A stretch of DNA of 20,915 nucleotides. It comes from Scenedesmus sp. PABB004 (taxonomy: Eukaryota). The stretch's first letter is position 1, and every line of letters starts with the position of its first letter. The stretch lies in NCBI GenBank assembly GCA_014905635.1, contig JABVCE010000032.1, positions 310,001-330,915 on the forward strand, read 5' to 3'. Below the pieces are notes generated by a model. That model made no database searches and was not told the DNA's origin. It saw only the letters and a program-made list of their open reading frames with translations. The translations under genes and the position numbers were made by a program. This document shows, piece by piece, positions 12,101 to 20,915 of this stretch.

Positions 12101-15100
12101 CGGTGCAGGTGGCAAACGAGGGTGCCTGCACCACCGACACTGCCTGCGGGAGCGGCCTGTGCGCAGACACCAACAACGACAACACCAAGGACACCTGCAA
12201 GGTTGGTTGCGTGCGCGTGCGCGGTAGCAGCGCTGCGTGCACTTGTCGCACATACCGCACCGCAAGCGAGCAGCAACAGCTGGCATCCAACACCGCCACC
12301 AACACCTCCTCACCCACACTCTCTCTCTCCCTGACCTGCCCCCGTCCGTGCGCTCGACACCGCCCGCCCACAACGCGCGTGCGGTGCAGGTGGCAAACGA
12401 GGGTGCCTGCACCACCGACACTGCCTGCGGGAGCGGCCTGTGCGCAGACACCAACAACGACAACACCAAGGACACCTGCAAGGTTGGTTGCGTGCGCGTG
12501 CGCGGTAGCAGCGCTGCGTGCACTTGTCGCACATACCGCACCGCAAGCGAGCAGCAACAGCTGGCATCCAACACCGCCACCAACACCTCCTCACCCACAC
12601 TCTCTCTCTTCCTGACCTGCCCCCGTCCGTGCGCTCGACACCGCCCGCCCACAACGCGCGTGCGGTGCAGGTGGCAAACGAGGGTGCCTGCACCACCGAC
12701 ACTGCCTGCGGGAGCGGCCTGTGCGCAGACACCAACAACGACAACACCAAGGACACCTGCAAGGTTGGTTGCGTGCGCGTGCGCGGTAGCAGCGCTGCGT
12801 GCACTTGTCGCACGTGCCGCACCGCAAGCGAGCAGCGACAGCTGGCATCCAACACCGCCACCAACACCTCCTCACCCACACTCTCTCTCTCCCTGACCTG
12901 CCCCCGTCCGTGCGCTCGACACCGCCCGCCCACAACGCGCGTGCGGTGCAGGTGGCAAACGGGGGTGCCTGCACCACCGACACTGCCTGCGGGAGCGGCC
13001 TGTGCGCAGACACCAACAACGACAACACCAAGGACACCTGCAAGGTTGGTTGCGTGCGCGTGCGCGGTAGCAGCGCTGCGTGCACTTGTCGCACGTGCCG
13101 CACCGCAAGCGAGCAGCGACAGCTGGCATCCAACACTGCCACCAACACCTCCTCACCCACACTCTCTCTCTTCCTGACCTGCCCCCGTCCGTGCGCTCGA
13201 CACCGCCCGCCCACAACGCGCGTGCGGTGCAGGTGGCAAACGGGGGTGCCTGCACCACCGACACTGCCTGCGGGAGCGGCCTGTGCGCAGACACCAACAA
13301 CGACAACACCAAGGACACCTGCAAGGTTGGTTGCGTGCGCGTGCGCGGTAGCAGCGCTGCGTGCACTTGTCGCACATACCGCACCGCAAGCGAGCAGCGA
13401 CAGCTGGCATCCAACACTGCCACCAACACCTCCTCACCCACACTCTCTCTCTTCCTGACCTGCCCCCGTCCGTGCGCTCGACACCGCCCGCCCACAACGC
13501 GCGTGCGGTGCAGGTGGCAAACGAGGGTGCCTGCACCACCGACACTGCCTGCGGGAGCGGCCTGTGCGCAGACACCAACAACGACAACACCAAGGACACC
13601 TGCAAGGTTGGTTGCGTGCGCGTGCGCGGTAGCAGCGCTGCGTGCACTTGTCGCACGTGCCGCACCGCAAGCGAGCAGCGACAGCTGGCATCCAACACTG
13701 CCACCAACACCTCCTCACCCACACTCTCTCTCTTCCTGACCTGCCCCCGTCCGTGCGCTCGACACCGCCCGCCCACAACGCGCGTGCGGTGCAGGTGGCA
13801 AACGGGGGTGCCTGCACCACCGACACTGCCTGCGGGAGCGGCCTGTGCGCAGACACCAACAACGACAACACCAAGGACACCTGCAAGGTTGGTTGCGTGC
13901 GCGTGCGCGGTAGCAGCGCTGCGTGCACTTGTCGCACATACCGCACCGCAAGCGAGCAGCAACAGCTGGCATCCAACACCGCCACCAACACCTCCTCACC
14001 CACACTCTCTCTCTCCCTGACCTGCCCCCGTCCGTGCGCTCGACACCGCCCGCCCACAACGCGCGTGCGGTGCAGGTGGCAAACGGGGGTGCCTGCACCA
14101 CCGACACTGCCTGCGGGAGCGGCCTGTGCGCAGACACCAACAACGACAACACCAAGGACACCTGCAAGGTTGGTTGCGTGCGCGTGCGCAGTAACAGCGC
14201 TGCGTGCACTTGTCGCACGTGCCGCACTGAAGCGAGCAGCGACAGCTGGCATCCAACACTGCCACCAACACCTCCTCACCCACACTCTCTCTCTTCCTGA
14301 CCTGCCCCCGTCCGTGCGCTCGACACCGCCCGCCCACAACGCGCGTGCGGTGCAGGTGGCAAACGGGGGTGCCTGCACCACCGACACTGCCTGCGGGAGC
14401 GGCCTGTGCGCAGACACCAACAACGACAACACCAAGGACACCTGCAAGGTTGGTTGCGTGCGCGTGCGCGGTAGCAGCGCTGCGTGCACTTGTCGCACGT
14501 GCCGCACCGCAAGCGAGCAGCGACAGCTGGCATCCAACACTGCCACCAACACCTCCTCACCCACACTCTCTCTCTCCCTGACCTGCCCCCGTCCGTGCGC
14601 TTCCCCACAACGCGCGTGCGGTGCAGGTGGCAAACGAGGGTGCCTGCACCACCGACACTGCCTGCGAGAGCGGCCTGTGCGCAGACACCAACAACGACAA
14701 CACCAAGGACACCTGCAAGGTTGGTTGCGTGCGCGTGCGCGGTAGCAGCGCTGCGTGCACTTGTCGCACGTGCCGCACCGCAAGCGAGCAGCAACAGCTG
14801 GCATCCAACACCGCCACCAACACCTCCTCACCCACACTCTCTCTCTCCCTGACCTGCCCCCGTCCGTGCGCTCGACACCGCCCGCCCACAACGCGCGTGC
14901 GGTGCAGGTGGCAAACGAGGCTGCCTGCACCACCGACACTGCCTGCGGGAGCGGCCTGTGCGCAGACACCAACAACGACAACACCAAGGACACCTGCAAG
15001 GTTGGTTGCGTGCGCGTGCGCGGTAGCAGCGCTGCGTGCACTTGTCGCACGTGCCGCACCGCAAGCGAGCAGCGACAGCTGGCATCCAACACTGCCACCA

Positions 15101-18100
15101 ACACCTCCTCACCCACACTCTCTCTCTTCCTGACCTGCCCCCGTCCGTGCGCTCGACACCGCCCGCCCACAACGCGCGTGCGGTGCAGGTGGCAAACGGG
15201 GGTGCCTGCACCACCGACACTGACTGCGGGAGCGGCCTGTGCGCAGACACCAACAACGACAACACCAAGGACACCTGCAAGGTTGGTTGCGTGCGCGTGC
15301 GCGGTAGCAGCGCTGCGTGCACTTGTCGCACGTGCCGCACCGCAAGCGAGCAGCGACAGCTGGCATCCAACACTGCCACCAACACCTCCTCACCCACACT
15401 CTCTCTCTCCCTGACCTGCCCCCGTCTGTGCGCTTCCCCACAACGCGCGTGCGGTGCAGGTGGCAAACGAGGGTGCCTGCACCACCGACACTGCCTGCGA
15501 GAGCGGCCTGTGCGCAGACACCAACAACGACAACACCAAGGACACCTGCAAGGTTGGTTGCGTGCGCGTGCGCGGTAGCAGCGCTGCGTGCACTTGTCGC
15601 ACGTGCCGCACCGCAAGCGAGCAGCAACAGCTGGCATCCAACACCGCCACCAACACCTCCTCACCCACACTCTCTCTCTCCCTGACCTGCCCCCGTCCGT
15701 GCGCTCGACACCGCCCGCCCACAACGCGCGTGCGGTGCAGGTGGCAAACGGGGGTGCCTGCACCACCGACACTGCCTGCGGGAGCGGCCTGTGCGCAGAC
15801 ACCAACAACGACAACACCAAGGACACCTGCAAGGTTGGTTGCGTGCGCGTGCGCGGTAGCAGCGCTGCGTGCACTTGTCGCACGTGCCGCACCGCAAGCG
15901 AGCAGCGACAGCTGGCATCCAACACTGCCACCAACACCTCCTCACCCACACTCTCTCTCTTCCTGACCTGCCCCCGTCCGTGCGCTCGACACCGCCCGCC
16001 CACAACGCGCGTGCGGTGCAGGTGGCAAACGGGGGTGCCTGCACCACCGACACTGCCTGCGGGAGCGGCCTGTGCGCAGACACCAACAACGACAACACCA
16101 AGGACACCTGCAAGGTTGGTTGCGTGCGCGTGCGCGGTAGCAGCGCTGCGTGCACTTGTCGCACATACCGCACCGCAAGCGAGCAGCGACAGCTGGCATC
16201 CAACACCGCCACCAACACCTCCTCACCCACACTCTCTCTCTTCCTGACCTGCCCCCGTCCGTGCGCTCGACACCGCCCGCCCACAACGCGCGTGCGGTGC
16301 AGGTGGCAAACGGGGGTGCCTGCACCACCGACACTGCCTGCGGGAGCGGCCTGTGCGCAGACACCAACAACGACAACACCAAGGACACCTGCAAGGTTGG
16401 TTGCGTGCGCGTGCGCGGTAGCAGCGCTGCGTGCACTTGTCGCACATACCGCACCGCAAGCGAGCAGCGACAGCTGGCATCCAACACCGCCACCAACACC
16501 TCCTCACCCACACTCTCTCTCTTCCTGACCTGCCCCCGTCCGTGCGCTTCCCCACAACGCGCGTGCGGTGCAGGTGGCAAACGAGGGTGCCTGCACCACC
16601 GACACTGCCTGCGAGAGCGGCCTGTGCGCAGACACCAACAACGACAACACCAAGGACACCTGCAAGGTTGGTTGCGTGCGCGTGCGCGGTAGCAGCGCTG
16701 CGTGCACTTGTCGCACGTGCCGCACCGCAAGCGAGCAGCGACAGCTGGCATCCAACACTGCCACCAACACCTCCTCACCCACACTCTCTCTCTTCCTGAC
16801 CTGCCCCCGTCCGTGCGCTCGACACCGCCCGCCCACAACGCGCGTGCGGTGCAGGTGGCAAACGGGGGTGCCTGCACCACCGACACTGCCTGCGGGAGCG
16901 GCCTGTGCGCAGACACCAACAACGACAACACCAAGGACACCTGCAAGGTTGGTTGCGTGCGCGTGCGCGGTAGCAGCGCTGCGTGCACTTGTCGCACATA
17001 CCGCACCGCAAGCGAGCAGCGACAGCTGGCATCCAACACCGCCACCAACACCTCCTCACCCACACTCTCTCTCTCCCTGACCTGCCCCCGTCTGTGCGCT
17101 TCCCCACAACGCGCGTGCGGTGCAGGTGGCAAACGAGGGTGCCTGCACCACCGACACTGCCTGCGGGAGCGGCCTGTGCGCAGACACCAACAACGACAAC
17201 ACCAAGGACACCTGCAAGGTTGGTTGCGTGCGCGTGCGCGGTAGCAGCGCTGCGTGCACTTGTCGCACGTGCCGCACCGCAAGCGAGCAGCGACAGCTGG
17301 CATCCAACACTGCCACCAACACCTCCTCACCCACACTCTCTCTCTCCCTGACCTGCCCCCGTCCGTGCGCTCGACACCGCCCGCCCACAACGCGCGTGCG
17401 GTGCAGGTGGCAAACGGGGGTGCCTGCACCACCGACACTGCCTGCGGGAGCGGCCTGTGCGCAGACACCAACAACGACAACACCAAGGACACCTGCAAGG
17501 TTGGTTGCGTGCGCGTGCGCGGTAGCAGCGCTGCGTGCACTTGTCGCACATACCGCACCGCAAGCGAGCAGCGACAGCTGGCATCCAACACCGCCACCAA
17601 CACCTCCTCACCCACACTCTCTCTCTTCCTGACCTGCCCCCGTCCGTGCGCTCGACACCGCCCGCCCACAACGCGCGTGCGGTGCAGGTGGCAAACGGGG
17701 GTGCCTGCACCACCGACACTGCCTGCGGGAGCGGCCTGTGCGCAGACACCAACAACGACAACACCAAGGACACCTGCAAGGTTGGTTGCGTGCGCGTGCG
17801 CGGTAGCAGCGCTGCGTGCACTTGTCGCACATACCGCACCGCAAGCGAGCAGCGACAGCTGGCATCCAACACCGCCACCAACACCTCCTCACCCACACTC
17901 TCTCTCTTCCTGACCTGCCCCCGTCCGTGCGCTTCCCCACAACGCGCGTGCGGTGCAGGTGGCAAACGAGGGTGCCTGCACCACCGACACTGCCTGCGAG
18001 AGCGGCCTGTGCGCAGACACCAACAACGACAACACCAAGGACACCTGCAAGGTTGGTTGCGTGCGCGTGCGCGGTAGCAGCGCTGCGTGCACTTGTCGCA

Positions 18101-20553
18101 CGTGCCGCACCGCAAGCGAGCAGCGACAGCTGGCATCCAACACTGCCACCAACACCTCCTCACCCACACTCTCTCTCTTCCTGACCTGCCCCCGTCCGTG
18201 CGCTCGACACCGCCCGCCCACAACGCGCGTGCGGTGCAGGTGGCAAACGGGGGTGCCTGCACCACCGACACTGCCTGCGGGAGCGGCCTGTGCGCAGACA
18301 CCAACAACGACAACACCAAGGACACCTGCAAGGTTGGTTGCGTGCGCGTGCGCGGTAGCAGCGCTGCGTGCACTTGTCGCACATACCGCACCGCAAGCGA
18401 GCAGCGACAGCTGGCATCCAACACCGCCACCAACACCTCCTCACCCACACTCTCTCTCTTCCTGACCTGCCCCCGTCCGTGCGCTTCCCCACAACGCGCG
18501 TGCGGTGCAGGTGGCAAACGAGGGTGCCTGCACCACCGACACTGCCTGCGAGAGCGGCCTGTGCGCAGACACCAACAACGACAACACCAAGGACACCTGC
18601 AAGGTTGGTTGCGTGCGCGTGCGCGGTAGCAGCGCTGCGTGCACTTGTCGCACATACCGCACCGCAAGCGAGCAGCAACAGCTGGCATCCAACACCGCCA
18701 CCAACACCTCCTCACCCACACTCTCTCTCTCCCTGACCTGCCCCCGTCCGTGCGCTCGACACCGCCCGCCCACAACGCGCGTGCGGTGCAGGTGGCAAAC
18801 GGGGGTGCCTGCACCACCGACACTGCCTGCGGGAGCGGCCTGTGCGCAGACACCAACAACGACAACACCAAGGACACCTGCAAGGTTGGTTGCGTGCGCG
18901 TGCGCGGTAGCAGCGCTGCGTGCACTTGTCGCACGTGCCGCACCGCAAGCGAGCAGCGACAGCTGGCATCCAACACTGCCACCAACACCTCCTCACCCAC
19001 ACTCTCTCTCTTCCTGACCTGCCCCCGTCCGTGCGCTCGACACCGCCCGCCCACAACGCGCGTGCGGTGCAGGTGGCAAACGGGGGTGCCTGCACCACCG
19101 ACACTGCCTGCGGGAGCGGCCTGTGCGCAGACACCAACAACGACAACACCAAGGACACCTGCAAGGTTGGTTGCGTGCGCGTGCGCGGTAGCAGCGCTGC
19201 GTGCACTTGTCGCACGTGCCGCACCGCAAGCGAGCAGCGACAGCTGGCATCCAACACTGCCACCAACACCTCCTCACCCACACTCTCTCTCTCCCCGACC
19301 TGCCCCCGTCCGTGCGCTCGACGCCGCCCGCCCACAACGCGCGTGCGGTGCAGGTGGCAAACGAGGGTGCCTGCACCACCGACACTGCCTGCGAGAGCGG
19401 CCTGTGCGCAGACACCAACAACGACAACACCAAGGACACCTGCAAGGTTGGTTGCGTGCGCGTGCGCGGTAGCAGCGCTGCGTGCACTTGTCGCACGTGC
19501 CGCACCGCAAGCGAGCAGCGACAGCTGGCATCCAACACCGCCACCAACACCTCCTCACCCACACTCTCTCTCTCCCTGACCTGCCCCCGTCCGTGCGCTT
19601 CCCCACAACGCGCGTGCGGTGCAGGTGGCAAACGAGGGTGCCTGCACCACCGACACTGCCTGCGGGAGCGGCCTGTGCGCAGACACCAACAACGACAACA
19701 CCAAGGACACCTGCAAGGTTGGTTGCGTGCGCGCGCGCGGTAGCAGCGCTGCGTGCACTTGTCGCACGTGCCGCACCGCAAGCGAGCAGCGACAGCTGGC
19801 ATCCAACACTGCCACCAACACCTCCTCACCCACACTCTCTCTCTCCCTGACCTGCCCCCGTCCGTGTGCTTCCCCACAACGCGCGTGCGGTGCAGGTGGC
19901 AAACGAGGGTGCCTGCACCACCGACACTGCCTGCGGGAGCGGCCTGTGCGCAGACACCAACAACGACAACACCAAGGACACCTGCAAGGTTGGTTGCGTG
20001 CGCGTGCGCGGTAGCAGCGCTGCGTGCACTTGTCGCACGTGCCGCACCGCAAGCGAGCAGCAACAGCTGGCATCCAACACTGCCACCAACACCTCCTCAC
20101 CCACACTCTCTCTCTTCCTGACCTGCCCCCGTCCGTGCGCTCGATGCCGCCCGCCCACAACGCGCGTGCGGTGCAGGTGGCAAACGAGGGTGCCTGCACC
20201 ACCGACACTGCCTGCGAGAGCGGCCTGTGCGCAGACACCAACAACGACAACACCAAGGACACCTGCAAGGTTGGTTGCGTGCGCGTGCGCGGTAGCAGCG
20301 CTGCGTGCACTTGTCGCACGTGCCGCACCGCAAGCGAGCAGCGACAGCTGGCATCCAACACTGCCACCAACACCTCCTCACCCACACTCTCTCTCTCCCT
20401 GACCTGCCCCCGTCCGTGCGCTCGACACCGCCCGCCCACAACGCGCGTGCGGTGCAGGTGGCAAACGGGGGTGCCTGCACCACCGACACTGCTTGCGAGA
20501 GCGGCCTGTGCGCAGACACCAACAACGACAACACCAAGGATACTTGCAGTTGA
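74..20553 (+). CDS. 5'-partial multi-exon gene (74 exons of 93 bp visible) for a giant cysteine-rich tandem-repeat protein; 31-aa unit VAN[G/E]GACTTDTAC[G/E]SGLCADTNNDNTKDTCK, ending ...KDTCS*
   Basis: Each unit reads GTGCAG|GTGGCAAAC...ACCTGCAAG|GTTGGT. Exon starts: 74,354,634,914,1198,1478,1759,2030,2310,2587,2867,3148,3429,3710,3991,4272,4553,4834,5115,5396,5677,5958,6239,6520,6795,7076,7357,7638,7919,8189,8470,8751,9032,9313,9584,9865,10145,10425,10706,10986,11266,11547,11828,12109,12390,12671,12952,13233,13514,13795,14076,14356,14627,14908,15189,15460,15741,16022,16303,16574,16855,17126,17407,17688,17959,18240,18511,18792,19073,19354,19625,19896,20177,20458. 27 of 31 codons end in G/C. 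All indels but one (exon at 7919, 92 bp) fall in the introns. In-frame TGA at 20551-20553. No transcript evidence is available; the splicing is inferred. Confidence 0.8.
167..353 (+). other. Representative spliceosomal (GT-AG) intron, 187 bp, repeated in every unit
   Basis: Donor AAG|GTTGGT; CT-rich tract 284-296; branch-site match CTGAC at 296-300; no AG dinucleotide from 245 to 351; acceptor GTGCAG| ending at 353. Confidence 0.8.
20458..20553 (+). CDS. Terminal coding exon: VANGGACTTDTACESGLCADTNNDNTKDTCS*
   Basis: Same acceptor as the other units. Differs by GCC>GCT (20493), GAC>GAT (20541) and ACC>ACT (20544), all silent in this frame. AAG|GTTGG is replaced by AGT TGA. Confidence 0.8.
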   Translation: MANGGACTTDTACESGLCADTNNDNTKDTCS

Positions 20554-20710
20554 TTCTCTGTTTATCACGGGTTGTTGGTCTGAGAGAAGCACCTTTTGGT
20601 GGTTCGAACATGAGCTGCCATCTCAAGCAGTTGGTTGCTTGGCTTTTTTTCAAGCGACACTTACCGTATGTGTAATAACACCAAACTCTTTACGACCAGC
20701 CCCACAGCCA
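20554..20710 (+). other. Unique spacer between the array and the telomere; putative 3' UTR
   Basis: Non-repetitive and visibly more T/A-rich than the array. Begins immediately after the TGA and contains a T7 run and TGTAA. Confidence 0.65.
20671..20675 (+). promoter_or_regulatory. Putative polyadenylation signal TGTAA (UGUAA, chlorophyte type)
   Basis: TGTAA lies 117 bp after the stop codon and is absent from the array. UGUAA is the established poly(A) signal of Chlamydomonas and many chlorophytes. A 5-mer can also occur by chance. Confidence 0.55.
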
Positions 20711-20915
20711 GGTTTAGGGTTTAGGGTGTAGGGTGTAGGGTGTAGGTTTTTAGGGTGTAGGGTTTAGGGTTTAGGTTTTAGGGTTTTTAGGTTTTAGGGT
20801 TTAGGTTTTAGGGTTTAGGGTTTAGGCTTAGGGTTTAGGTTTAGGGTTTAGGGTTTAGGGTTTAGGGTTTAGGGTTTAGGGTTTAGGGTTTAGGGTTTAG
20901 GGTTTAGGGTTTAGG
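20711..20915 (+). repeat. Telomeric repeat (TTTAGGG)n with the G-rich strand pointing outward; right-hand chromosome end
   Basis: Degenerate units (TGTAGGG, TTTAGG, TTTTAGGG, CTTAGGG) over 20711-20839, then perfect TTTAGGG from 20840 to the window end. Confidence 0.98.

Larger units (their letters stand above)
1..20550 (+). repeat. Subtelomeric tandem array of about 281-bp exon+intron units, 74 copies visible, continuing past the left edge of the window
   Basis: Direct periodicity: spacings between exon starts are mostly 281 or 280, with variants of 270, 271, 275, 277 and 284. Units differ only at a small set of recurrent sites. Confidence 0.99.

Noticed and set aside
1..20550. CRISPR array or other prokaryotic repeat system
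   Set aside because: There are no unique spacers; whole units repeat. Telomere and splice signals indicate a eukaryote.
20590..20601. Small hairpin CACC-TTTT-GGTG and the nearby T7 run as a terminator
   Set aside because: A 4-bp stem is too weak, and bacterial-type terminators do not apply in this eukaryotic context.
20630..20638. GTTGGTTGC in the 3' spacer, identical to the first 9 nt of the intron
   Set aside because: An isolated 9-mer with no further similarity, and no branch/acceptor arrangement I can support downstream; chance or an uninformative relic.
1..20710. Telomere-specific retrotransposon or rDNA/5S/tRNA array
   Set aside because: No reverse transcriptase or gag-like coding, no poly(A) tails or LTRs, and no recognisable structural RNA motifs.
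32..20731. The dozens of overlapping 78-578 aa ORFs on both strands
   Set aside because: They run through the intron block, change frame with each non-multiple-of-3 unit, mostly start at GTG/TTG, and arise because the GC-rich unit has very few stop codons.
20024..20731. ORF extension with a hydrophobic-looking tail (ILAVDSLFITGCW...) as a membrane anchor
   Set aside because: It is out of frame with the Cys module and runs past the putative poly(A) signal into telomere repeats.

Overview
Eukaryotic chromosome end, most likely from a GC-rich green alga (inferred). About 20.5 kb (1-20553) is a near-perfect head-to-tail array of 74 units of about 271-284 bp (mostly 281). It is followed by 157 bp of unique AT-richer sequence and then plant/algal-type (TTTAGGG)n telomere repeats running to the window end. 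The array looks like satellite DNA, but each unit reads as one exon plus one intron. The exon is a 93-bp phase-0 exon encoding a 31-aa four-cysteine module (VANGGACTTDTACGSGLCADTNNDNTKDTCK). The intron is a 178-191 bp GT-AG intron with a CTGAC branch site and an AG-free zone before the acceptor. The last exon carries three silent third-position changes and an in-frame TGA, followed by a chlorophyte-type TGTAA poly(A) signal 35 bp before the telomere. The best reading is the 3' part of a giant (about 2,290 aa or more) cysteine-rich repeat protein gene, transcribed toward and ending almost on the telomere. Its 5' end lies outside the window. The many overlapping ORFs in the six-frame track are artefacts of reading through introns of a stop-poor GC-rich repeat. 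Counts and variant positions were read by eye.
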